Of a stretch of DNA of 64,000 nucleotides, positions 12,746-25,036 are shown in pieces. How positions within the stretch are numbered: the first letter of the stretch is position 1; every line of letters starts with the position of its first letter. The DNA lies in the NCBI GenBank assembly GCA_964016885.1, contig OZ024747.1, positions 93,434,001 through 93,498,000 on the forward strand. Direction: 5' to 3'. This DNA comes from Eledone cirrhosa. Taxonomy: Eukaryota. A program made the translations under genes and the position numbers. Below the pieces are notes generated by a model that did no database searches, was not told the DNA's origin, and was given only the letters and a program-made list of their open reading frames with translations.

Positions 12746-13342
12746 TCAATACCTTCCTTACTCATCGCACTGAACAATGTTGAGGCCAGATAATCAAAAT
12801 TTGTCTCACTTTCTTCTCAGAGCTAACAATTCCCAACTGCCCCTTCACACTGAGATTTCAACTTCATCTCTAACAGCTATCATGCTCCCCTACAAAATCT
12901 AATTGCCAAGCTTCCCCTAAGAGGTAGGTAGACCTATCTCTCTATCATTTTCATTTATTCCATAAAATGGTGATGATGATAATGCTCAGCAAATTTAGTT
13001 TTGGTGTACTTAAATTATATCTATATATATATCATCATCATCATCATCATCATCCTTGTTTAACGTCCACTTTCCACGCTAGCATATATATATATTCTTT
13101 ATTAAGGCTAAAGTGATGAGTCTTGTTACTCTGGAGTTTCGTCTGTATACTCATAGGATCGTGTGAGTACACAGATGGAACTCCAGAGTAACAAAACTCA
13201 TCACTTAGCCATAAAAGAATATTTAAACTCTTCTTAGGAATTGAATACTCATTCTCACATCCATCAATATCACACACATACACACACATACATATATATT
13301 ATATAACACCAATATATTTTATTCTGTCACTTAAATACTCAC

Positions 13343-13382
13343 GATCTTTTTCTGCACTGAATTTCAGTTTGCGCACTTCTTT
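13343..13382 (-). CDS. ITPRID2: ITPRID/KRAP-like gene 40-nt micro-exon (KEVRKLKFSAEKD)
   Basis: Polypyrimidine tract + TAG acceptor, C|GTGAGT donor; phase 0->1, exactly what is needed to join the flanking exons in frame. Confidence 0.8.
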
Positions 13383-14059
13383 CTAAAAGTGGTTAAAAAG
13401 GAAAAAAAACATGAAATGAGGATTTTAAAAAATATATCAACCTGTCCACATTTTATTGAAATACTTCATCATTAAAATAATATAAGTAATCGGATGAGGT
13501 GACCATGTTTTGCTCAAACAGAACTGTTTGAGCAAGACATGGTAATACAGTTGTGGTGGGTTGTATAGGTATATAGTTGGCAGAGAAATGAATAAAGTAA
13601 CTGAGATAACCAGAGTATAAATCAAAATAATTAAGTCATAGACAACATAAAAATAACAGATCTCTGCTTATGCAACACAAACATGACTGAGAAATGAGCA
13701 AAAGGACTATTTCTAAGAGGATCTCTTGTAGACTACCTTGTGGTCAGTAAACAATCTAACCATATAGTCATTGTACCTCCTACTTTGAGTTACCTTGATA
13801 GAAAATGACAGCAAACTCATTATCATTGCTGGTGATTTAACCCTTTAGCATTTAAACCAGCTGTATCTGGCCAGAATTCTCTCTCCTCTTTCTATTCAAA
13901 CCAGTCGTAACTGGCCACTCATACTGATGTTAAGGTATTGTTCTCAAAATAAATAAAATCAAAATCTCAGAGTCGATATTATGTGAGATAATTATGTGAG
14001 GCAAAGCCTTTACCATGAAAATACAATAGTATATATGGCGTTAATGTTAAAGGGTTAAT

Positions 14060-16275
14060 GTTTCAGTCAGACTAAAGGTGTCATTGTGGGGAAATTATAC
14101 AGGAGATAGCTACATAAAAGCTAAGCGACAGGCCTGAAAATACTGGAAGAAATTGGTGGGTGAGCTAGAACAATATCAGGTAGCTGCTAGAAGAGAAACT
14201 AGACATCAGATATACTTAGCAAGGAGAGAAACTGAAATGAAAGGGTTTTCCAATATGCTGCACAAATAGTATCAGAGGCTTTAGGTATTCTGGATAGTGA
14301 GTCAGGGAGTCAGGATATTTGAGAAAAGTATATCTGTATATCGGGAACGATAGCAACTCATTGAACATTACTCTTATGAACATTAAGAAGAGAGTGGCAT
14401 GGAAAGATTGCTATGGGAGGTTAGTGAATGACAAAAATCTGTGGGAAAGAGAAGTATTCTCCCAAGTAGACCCAACAAAGGCACCAGCTATTGTCATTGA
14501 TAGCTATACATTGAAATGTCCATTAAGGATATGAAATCAGAAAAGCAGTCAGACCATGAGCAATATTTGCTGAGATGATGAAAATATTCAATGAAATAGA
14601 ACACATGCTAGACATTCTTACATAGTCAACTAGGTAGCACAGGGTAGTGTCATCCACAATGAGATGTAGCAGTGTCATAATCTACTGCTATAAGGGTAAA
14701 AGGGATACTCTAGAAAGTAGCAACTACAAAGGCATAGAACTGTTGGACTAAGTGATGAAAATAAGAGAAAGAGTTATAACATAACTGGTTAGGAAGAGAA
14801 TTAACTTAGTCGAGATGCATTTCAGATAAGCAACAAGATAGTGTAATACTGATGCACGTTTTCTAGTAAGACAACCACAGGAGAAATTCATAGCAAGAAC
14901 TAATGCCTATGATTAACTTTTGTTGACTTGAAGAAAGTTTTTGATAGGATATTATAATTTGCAGTTTGGTGGTCAATAAGAAAACTAGGAGTAGATGGAT
15001 GGCTTGTGACAGCTGTGCAAGCCAAGTACAGAGATGCTGCCAACAAGGTGAAAGTTGGCAATGAGTTTAGTGAGGAATTTAATGAGCAAGTAAGTGTCCA
15101 TAATAGCTGTCTGATGATTTGTTCTCATAGCAGAGCATGTTAAAAAATTAGAGAAGAAATTCCAAATGTGGGAGCAAACTAGAATCAAGAAGTATTAAAG
15201 TAAATCTAACAAAGACTAAAGCTTTAATCGGTAGGAATGAAAACAGTACTCTACTATTATCAAGGAAGTGGCCATGATTGATTTGTAAAAAAGGAGTAAA
15301 TAGAAATTCCTTATGATATATCTAATGTAAACTGTAGGAACACAAAATATGTAGTGAAATAGACAGGCTGACAGAGAAGGAAGACTTTATATGTAGCAGA
15401 TGCACATCAATTTATGCAGCAGGTGGTGTTTTATCTCCTTGAACAAGACACTTTCTTTCAAGTTGCTCCAGACCACTCAGCTGGTAAAAATTCAATGCAG
15501 TGACGCTGCTGCCAAAGTGTATTAGCCTATGGGTACGCAAAAGGTGTAGTGGAATAGACAGGCTTGCAGAGAAAGAAGACTTTATATGTAAAAGATGCAT
15601 AGGAGTTGTTAACAACAAGAGTAGACATGAAATAGATTCTTTCAAATGATCAGAAGGCTCCTTAGAAGTAGTTGATAGCTTCAAATATTTAGGAGACTAA
15701 TTTAGCAGTAGAAGTGGATGTTCCAAAAGCATAACATCAAGAGTAAGGAGAGTGTGGGAGAAATGGAAGAAATTATTACCTCTGTTGGCAACAAAGGGAT
15801 TCTCAATAAGAGGAAAGGTTACGTTACATGATACTTGTGTACAAATTGTGATATTGCATGGTAGTGAATCATGGGCATTGAATGTGGAGGTTGTGCAAAG
15901 ACTGGAAGGAAACGATGAAATAAAAGATGGGCTGAGAAAAACTGGGTATAAAAACAATTTGGTGTAAGACGAAAAGTTGTGTTAGTATGGACATGTGATG
16001 CCTCTGGAGAATGGCAGTTGGATAAAGAAATGCCATGCTATCCATGTGGAAAGAACCTGTAGAAAGGGAAAACTAAGGAAGACATGGGAAAAATAGTGAA
16101 GGCTGATGCTAGGATGCTGAGCCTTATAAAGTAGATGACATAGGACCGTAACAAGTGGCATGATGCTGAGCTTGACTGACTAGATGACAAAGGACCGTCA
16201 CAAATGGCATGATGCCATGCTGAAAAAGACCCATTCAAAACATGCAAATATAGAAAAGAGAGACATGATAATAAT
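14060..16275 (+). mobile_element. Degenerate RTE-clade LINE (RT and C-terminal region, many stops/frameshifts)
   Basis: NYKGIELLD, LTFVDLKKVFDR, KLGVDGWLV, FKYLGD, WEKWKKLLPLL, ILHGSESWAL, GHVM motifs in order. Confidence 0.85.
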
Positions 16276-16911
16276 GATGAAGAAGAATATGTTAAAAAAA
16301 GTAGGACTTTCTTAATAATAAACATTTTAGATAGTAGCATACAGCATATTAACAAATAAATTTGTTGCCTGGAAACAAACTCACCATGAAGGAAGATTTT
16401 GGTTGAAAGGAGAAGGCATGAGTAACTGCAACTAAATATTTGTTTATTATACATTCAAATAGGACAGGGTCAATAATGAGTACTAAGGAAATAGTAGAGA
16501 TAAAAGACAGCTCAAATATATACTTTTATTACTGCAGCTTTGGTATAAATATTAATACCAGCACAAGCAAAACTAAGTCAGGTTCTATGAAACAAAACCA
16601 CCCAATTTAAAGGGTTCCTATTTAAATTATAATATGCCAAAGTAATTTATATAAGAACTATAAGTTACTATCTTAGTAATGAAATAATTAATAATTTTAG
16701 CAAATTTCTCAAAATTCTCATAAACTAATTGAAGTAGACTGTATTTCATTAGTATTAAGTTCTTTTAACATAATTTTATATAAGAACCTTATATAGCAAT
16801 GAAATAATTAATAATTTTAGTAAATCCCTCAAAATTCTTTATTAATTGAAATAGAGTGTATTTCATTAGAAATGCGGTAAAAAAAAAGTTGGAACATTCT
16901 AGAATAAATTC

Positions 16912-17712
16912 AATAGACTATTGCAATGTTGCATGGCAGTGAGACCTGGGCATTGTGTGCAGAGGATATACACAGACTAGAGAGGAACGAAGCTTGCATG
17001 CTCCGCTGGATGTGTAACAGTAATATACGTGAACGGCAAAGCATAAACGAACTAAGGAAAAAATTAGAAATAAGAGGGATCAGATGTTGTCTACTCGAGA
17101 GAAGGCTACGTTGGTATGGACACGTGATGCGCATGAAAGTCGATAGCTGTATAACAAAGTGCAGGGCAATAAAGATAGACGGTAGCCACGGAGTAGGCAG
17201 ACCCAGAAAAACATGGGACGAGCTGATAAATTCCGACCTCACACACTTATACCTCTCCAAGACAATGTCACTGGACCGAGACCTTTGGCGGTACTCAGTA
17301 ACAGAGAAGACCCGCCTTACCTAAATACATAGTAAAACCTACTACAGCCAGTAGGCATCTCTAACAAAATACACCCCGTCCCACCCGTCCCACCCCCACC
17401 CCATCCACACCATCCCGTTCTATGTAAAGTTATGTTGGTGCCGCGCCATCCAGGCCGAAACAAATGAGATCGTGTAGGTGTCACGACAAAAAAACACACA
17501 GTCCACGCTGTAATGTGGCCGTGTAGGCAACACGGTAAAAACCTCCCAGACCCACACTGTAAATGTGGTTGGTGTTAGGAAGGGCATCCAACTAGAAAAC
17601 CTGCCAGACAGTCCTATGCGAGCAAGACAATCACTCTTGCCTCAAGTGGGACTACCCCCGTCCAAACCCATGCAAGCGTGGAACACGGACGTTAAACGTT
17701 GATGATGATGAT
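16912..17712 (+). mobile_element. RTE LINE 3' fragment with 3' UTR and (GAT)n tail
   Basis: ORF 16926..17324 LHGSETW...ERRLRWYGHVMRM...GRPRKTW. Confidence 0.9.
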
Positions 17713-17910
17713 TGCATGCTTCCCTTGCAGGAATGACCATCTGCTGAAAGAAGAGAAGTAGTAAATTGAGATATTGATGGGTTTGTTAGCTTTTAAAAGT
17801 GAATTGATTTGTAAGTAAAAGCAGCGCCACATAAGAAACTGAAGTTGGGCTGTGAATTCAATTCACTAAAGATGTTATTGAATCAATAATAATAATATGC
17901 CCTGTATGTT

Positions 17911-17945
<35 letters not shown>

Positions 17946-18688
17946 ACTACCCCTACCCTATCCTCCCACTCCCACCAATAGCACGAGAAAATGAGATCGA
18001 GATTGTGTAGGTGTCACGACAAAAAAAAACACACACAGTCCACGCTGTAATGTGGCCGTGTAGGTAACATGGTAAAAAGTTCCCAGTTCCACACTGTAAA
18101 TGTGGTTGGTGCTAGGAAGGGCATCCAGCCGTAGAAAACCTGCCAGATAGTCCTATATGAGCGAGACACGGTCACCCGACCAACCTTGCCTCAAGTGGGA
18201 CAATTCCCGTCTAACCCATGCTAGCGTGGAAAATGGACGTTAAACGAAGATGATGATGATGATGATATATATATATATATATGTCTGTAATTCTTTAAAA
18301 TTCACACACGCAAACATATACACAATGCACTTCCTATCTGAAGCATGTTGCTACAATAAGTTTGCTTTCCAGTCTCAAGGTACTAGGTTCAAACCCTATA
18401 TTTGTCCTTGTAAATTTCTCCAAAGTTAGTCATACATTTAATCCTCTGTCATTTGTATATGCTGAACATTTATGTAATTATATCCTAGAAATAAATTATT
18501 AAATTATCAGATTATATGCTTTTTTATCTATCAGTTAATCCTGGTACATATGGCACACCAATCCTGGTTTCCAAACATTTAATATATCTAATGATATTGC
18601 TGTCATTGATTGCACAAGTCCACTAGTATCATGATATATAACATATAATATATATATGATGATGATGATGATGATATATATATATATA

Positions 18689-18940
18689 TCATCATCATTT
18701 TATGTCTGCTTTTCCCTACTTGCAAGGGTGGGACGGGTCCTATTCAGCACAGCATCTCTCCACTTGTGACGGTCCTTCGTCATCTCGACTGTGAGCTTCA
18801 GCGATCTGAAGTCTGCTCTCACCACCTCCGCCCATGTTTTTTGTGGTCTACCCCTACCACGTCTTCCTTCAACTGGCATTTCTTGGCACTTCTTCACCCA
18901 TCGGTCATCCTCCATGCGCATCACATGTCCCTACCATCGT
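18689..18940 (-). mobile_element. RTE LINE 3' fragment (related copy 28139-28367 +)
   Basis: GHVMRMEDDRWVKK...RGRGRPQKTW + (GAT)n tail. Confidence 0.85.
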
Positions 18941-19609
18941 AAAATTGGAGTATTCTCAATGTGAGGGATAGCTGTAATCAGCTGGATACTACATGCATAG
19001 TAAAAAGATGTTATTATGCATATAGTATCCAACTGTTTACGGCTATCCCTCACACTGAGAATACACTAATTTTACGAATATTCATATACACTCATTGCTT
19101 CAAACCTTTTCAATATATATATATCAATCGACAAGATCCCAGACTTCATTCATTTACCGAGTAGAGTAGAACTCATCAAATCAGACCAAAGAAACAATGT
19201 TTCCATCAGTTTTTCCATTGTTGATACTATCTACCTGTCACACCCCTGGCAGAAAGAGCTATGTGAAATAAAGTGTCTTGCTCAAGGACATAATGTATTG
19301 TCCGGTCCAAGAATCGAACATGCAATCTCATGACTGCGAATCTAATTCTCTAATCAATAATTGTTTCTACTTTAGGCACAAGGCCAGCAATTACCCAGTG
19401 CATTACTGGTACTTTATTTTATCGACCCCATAAGGATGAAAGGCAAAGTCAACCTCGGCGGGATTTGAACTCAGATCGTAAAGGAACGTAACTATGCTGG
19501 CAGTATCTACTGATACTGCCAATCCACCGCCCAATTCTCTAATCAATAATAACCTGAAAAATAATAGAAATTATTCCGAAATACAAAGAGCAAGAATAGA
19601 ATGACTTAC

Positions 19610-20502
19610 TGTATTTACAGGATAATCAGAAAAGTTGGTCTCTTCTGTAGTTATAGCTGCTAATCCACTGTCATTTGTCTTCTCTATGGGAGCAGCAGAC
19701 AATTGATGTTCAGAATGTTCTGTAGACTCTGAATATTTGGTCATATCACTGATATTGTCTAAATGATCTTTACTAAGATCATTATGGAAATCAAATGCAC
19801 TTTCAGTGGGTGAGACAAGAGTTTGTATGTCAGAATTAAAATCCCTTTCCAAAGAAGTCTTTTTATAATTATCACATATTTGAGGTTCTGAATTTTGCAA
19901 AGTAGTATTTTTGTCCTTTAAATGATTGCTTACGGAATTCTCCAAAGGAGAAAAAACCTCATAATCATCATCAGTTTCATCAAAACTCATTAATTTATTT
20001 ACATAGCCTGCGCGAATGTCTCGGATACTGGAAGTACTTGATTCACTGTCTTTGCTTGGTTGGTTCCGTAAACTCCCTCCAGAATAGCGGAACCAATGTC
20101 TTCTATCAGAAGAGCTCTCCAGATCACTACTTAATGCAGAATCAATGCTAGTTCCAAAAGTGTGTCTATTTTGTTTTAATGTCAGCTTTTCAGCTTCTGC
20201 ATCTTGTTCTGGTTCTATGAAAGACCAGGTTTGTTGGGTATGTGCACTTCTGTAATTCTTGCGCCGTTCAGCAGCAGGAAGGGGTAGTTGCTTTGGTTGC
20301 TCTTTTAAGACACCACCAATGCTTGAGCTGTATTCATAATAGCCCTGAGCAGCAAGGGCCAATTGGTTGTCTGGAATCAGTATGCTGTGTGGCATTGCTA
20401 GACTACCTCTTGCTGGTGGTCTACAAGAAGGTGACTGCACAGGAGACAAACGCCTTAGATGGTGAAGATAAGGAACAATCTGGGGGTGCTGCAGCAATTT
20501 GT
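19610..20502 (-). CDS. ITPRID2: ITPRID/KRAP-like gene large Ser-rich exon (DKLLQHPQ...NFSDYPVNT)
   Basis: ttgtctAG acceptor, ACA|GTAAGT donor, 893 nt, phase 1->0; within ORF 19571..20962. Confidence 0.85.
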
Positions 20503-21944
20503 CTAGACAAATAAGTAGAAAAAAAGCACAAACATGCCACAGAAATAAGAAAAACAACAAAAAACAACAAAAGCACACATATACAAAAATAAACCAAAGA
20601 AGCAAAATAAAATATGATAAGTATGTCGATGCAGAATAAAATAAAGCAACAAAAACTGATGCAACAAGGGGTGTAAAACAACATGCCATTTTCATAGTGT
20701 TTCCATATAGATGCAACAATAATTCTTTTGAAGTATCATTGGAAGAGATTCTTTTGAAATGTTGAAATAGAAGGAGACCTATAAATAGTGGAATTGTAGA
20801 AAAGACTAGTTGATAGAGTATCAGATAGCTAGCATTCTGATACTTGGATGCTATAGTATCAACACCTAACACTCTTCTCACAATATTCCAGATTAAGTTA
20901 CTGTAAATAGGTATCACAAAGCTGCATGGCCAGCTGTAGCATAGCCTGATGTAGCATAGCACTGTAAAACGGACACTGGCAGGGACTTTGCTTCTGGAAC
21001 CTATACAATTTGAAACTGAAGAAATGACCCAACTGTTTCAACTTGTATGACTTTATGACATATCTACTTTACCATACATTTTGGGGAGGAGGGTTGGCTA
21101 ATGAATTATCTCTGATCTCTTGTTTATTGATGATTGGCTTAATTAACCTCCCTATTCATTGTCTGTAGAGTAGGTCTTTAGAGATAATTTGTCATTCAAT
21201 ACATGATTAATGAAAACAGCGAATTGTTAAAAATGCTTCAGTACTTCTTCCGATACAATGTGCTCTGAGTTCAAATCCCACCAAGGTTAACTTTGCCTTT
21301 CATATTTTTGAGGTCAATGAATAAAGTACTAGTCCAGTACTGGGGTTGGTTCTTCTTTGGAAGAAATCGGCTGTTCTGACATGGAGAGAGATGGGCTCTC
21401 CCAGGTTTAAAAATATCAAAGACATCCTGTACGTCAGGATAGCACTCCGACAACTCTGTCAAGAGATAAGGGTCCTTTATTTACTATAAAACTGATGAGA
21501 GTAAACTTAGTCTTATTTAAACTTTGAGGGGCTAATTACACTCGCAAACTCAAATACCCATATAATAATACTCTTAATTTAAAAAAAACCCTGCTAACTC
21601 TTGCTGTTGTTGCTATTGTTTAACTCCAGGTCAGCCCTATCTTGATACTTTGGATATTTCCTCCTATTGAAAACAATTTAAAAGGCTCCATTTAAACTTT
21701 TCCTAAAGATATTATTATTATTGATCTGAATTGACAAAATCCCAGACCTCATTTGCTTACCGAGTGAAGTGGAACTTGGCAGATCAGACCAATTGGTCTT
21801 TCTAATTGCTGACACTATCTACAGGGCAAACATAACGTCTAGTAGAAGGAGAAACGCAAAGATAAAAGGACACAACACATCACCCAGCCTGGGAATTAAA
21901 CTAACAACCTCATGATTGTGAATCCACCTCTTTAACCATTATGC

Positions 21945-22350
21945 CAGAGGTTCTCAAAGTGGGCGCTATTGCCCCTGGGGGAGAAAATGTCCACGTGGGA
22001 GATTGGCTGTAGAGAAAAAGGGGGCATTGGGAGGAACGGAGAGGCTGTGTCATTCCACCCATGCAAGTGAATATTATTATAGTATTGAATACATATGATA
22101 TAATAGTATATTAAATATCAAATGAAATATATTATATATAAATATAGTAAAATAAAAAATATATAATATTTATTTATAATATATACATAGTATATATTAT
22201 ATTATTGATTATGTATAAATTAACGATTTTATTTATTATATATTATTTACAATTTGTGTATAGGCAGGTCTCTCAGGAAATAGGGTTGGGGTGCTGAGGG
22301 TATTATGTGGCTGTGTGGGGGCAGTGGCCCAAAAAGTTTGAGAACCTCTG
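21945..22350. mobile_element. hAT (Charlie-like) MITE nested in a SINE B copy
   Basis: TIR CAGAGGTTCTCAAA/TTTGAGAACCTCTG; 8-bp TSD cattatgc/cattaagc. Confidence 0.85.
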
Positions 22351-24025
22351 CATTAAGCCATGCACCTTCACTAAAGATATTAATAGTTATATTTTACTTG
22401 GATTTCTGAATGGATGTTATTTAGTGGTTAAATAATTAAGCCTCTTAATTGCTATTTGCTTATCTATCATTTTGAAATGAAATAAATCTTATATTAAGAT
22501 TTTTTTTAAAATTAATAAGACAAAATGACTTAACATTTGAATTTAACAAGAAACCTAAAACTGACATTTGAACAACTACATGAAGTTATTAAGGACAGCT
22601 TTAACCCTTTAGCATTTAAACCGGCCATATCCGACCAGAATTCTCTCACCTCTTTCTGTTCAAACTGGTCATAACCAGCAGCTCATACTGGCGTTAAGGT
22701 ATGGCTCTCAAAATGAATAATATCAAAATCTCATAGATTTGATATTATGTGAGATAATTATGTAAGATAAAGCCTTTACCACACATATATATATCATCAT
22801 CATCATTATCACTATATATATATATAAGCACCCAGCCCACACTGTACAGTGGTCATGTAGGAGTCACAACAAAAAGCACCCAGCACACACAGTAAATATG
22901 GTTGGCATTAGGATAGGCATCCAGCCATAGAAACCAAGCTAGAAACAGTTCTGTCCAAGCAAGACAAGGTCACCTGACACAACTTGCCTCAAACGGGACA
23001 ACCTGTCCAACTCATGTTAGCATGGAAAAATGATGGTTAAATGATGAGGATGTTATAAAATAAGATGGTGTATAACAGGACAAAGGAGGGATGAAATATA
23101 ACAAATTAGTCTCTGAGGAAGTCAGAGAATGTGTGACGAAAGAGCTTTGACAATAAACAAATAAACAACCATCCGGTTATTAAACTAGCCAACTAGAAAT
23201 TTATAATCATTTGAAGTGAAAACCAATAGGTACATGTGTTGTTATTGGCAGCATGACCCTCCCAAAGTATAACAATAGATAAATATATATATGTGTGTGT
23301 GTGTAAAAGGTATATATATATATTTATGTAAAAGGTGTGTATTTATATATATATATATACATACAGACATTCAGAAAAAAAGGAGAACAGGAGAAGGATG
23401 AAACATATATTTATAAACTGACAGAGGTGGACAGACAGAAAGATAATGAGAGACATTTTTTCATTGAGGTATTATTTAGGAAAAGCAAATGACAATAGAT
23501 TATGAGTATTTTAGGAATTTAGCCAAAGGCAGATAAAAAGATCACTTCTAGTTCTTTGTTGTCACTTACAATACCATAATGACAATTGTAGGAGAAAGGA
23601 GAGAGGAGAATTATGGTATAGGGTGAGGGCGGTGGAGTTGGAGGAGGAAGCAGGAAAGCTGGAGGAAAAATAGAAAGAGAGAAGTGGAAGTCCACCATGG
23701 TACCGTGGAAGATAGACATTAATCGATGACGATGATAATATATATATATATTCAATATGACAAAAGACCAAGGTTAACAACTTAAATTCATTTTTTTATT
23801 TCTATGTCCACTTCTATTTTACAGTGCATAGAGTTACTCTCACCTTACCTAAGATAATAGTGAACTACTCTCCTATAATCCCCTATATCATATATATATA
23901 TAAATTTGAGTATGTGTTGGTTGGTTACCAACACTTCAGTATGCAGTGTAGAGCGCTGAACGAAGTGCGCAGGTGGGCCTGTTTACTCTGGAGTAATTTA
24001 AAAACAAGAAGTGCAAGTCAACAGG

Positions 24026-24092
<67 letters not shown>

Positions 24093-24990
24093 ATAATTGT
24101 TTCTACTTTTGGCACAAGGCCAGCAATTATCCCAGTGTATTACTGGTACTTTATTTTATATATATAGTAATAATAATAAATGTGAAGACTAAAATCTGAA
24201 GAGGGCTCGACAAGGTTAATATATATATATATATATAAAAATATATAAAACCATATAGTAAATATTTATTAAAATAACAGATTAAAGTTTAAGCAAAGAA
24301 TCGCTGCTTTCACCCTTAATGGGATCTTCTGAAACTCTGGTTTCAGAAGATCCCGTTAAGGGTGAAAGCAGCGATTCTTTGCTTAAACTTTAATCTGTTA
24401 TTTTAATATATATATATTAAATTAAAAGTAAAATGATGTATGTATGTAAAATAAACACATCAAATAGTTACAGGGGATAATTTGTAACGAGTGTAAACAT
24501 GCATAGTTACAGAGATTAATCTTTATTCTAGATGCTTGTTAATTTTTAATATAATAATAATAATAATGAAATTATTGTGTACAGTGCTCAGGTGCACTAC
24601 AACTCGTCAAAGGTGCATGTATTGTACATAAAATAATATACAAATGTCAGGGAAGTGAATAGTGTATGAGTCATGACATACAGGTGTGCGTGTGTATAGA
24701 GGCGGAATATTAGGTGTAGTGTTGGCGAATCTCAGGAAGCATGGAGGTTTTAAGGGATTCAGTGTCTCGACAGCTAATAATGTTACCTCTGTAACTATGT
24801 ATGTTTACACTCTTCACAAATTATCCCCTGTAACTATTTGATGTGTTTATTTTACATACATACGTCATCTTACTTTTAATTTAATATAAATGCTCGGATT
24901 TACTACCTGGAATCTTAGAGCTTATTTCCACAGGTGATATCACGCATGATTCTGATATTCTCAGACATGACATCCGTAATCTAATTTTTG

Positions 24991-25036
<46 letters not shown>

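Noticed and set aside
13090-13222. Palindrome with degenerate hammerhead (CTATGA...GAAACTCCAGAGTA) as a second hyper-edited copy
   Set aside because: Mismatches are mixed (2 G-T, 2 A-C); ordinary decay, useful only as a control.
16385-16425. Possible 41-nt cassette exon with strong G|GTGAGT donor
   Set aside because: Would shift the frame between exons 19610 and 13382; weak polypyrimidine tract; no support without RNA data.
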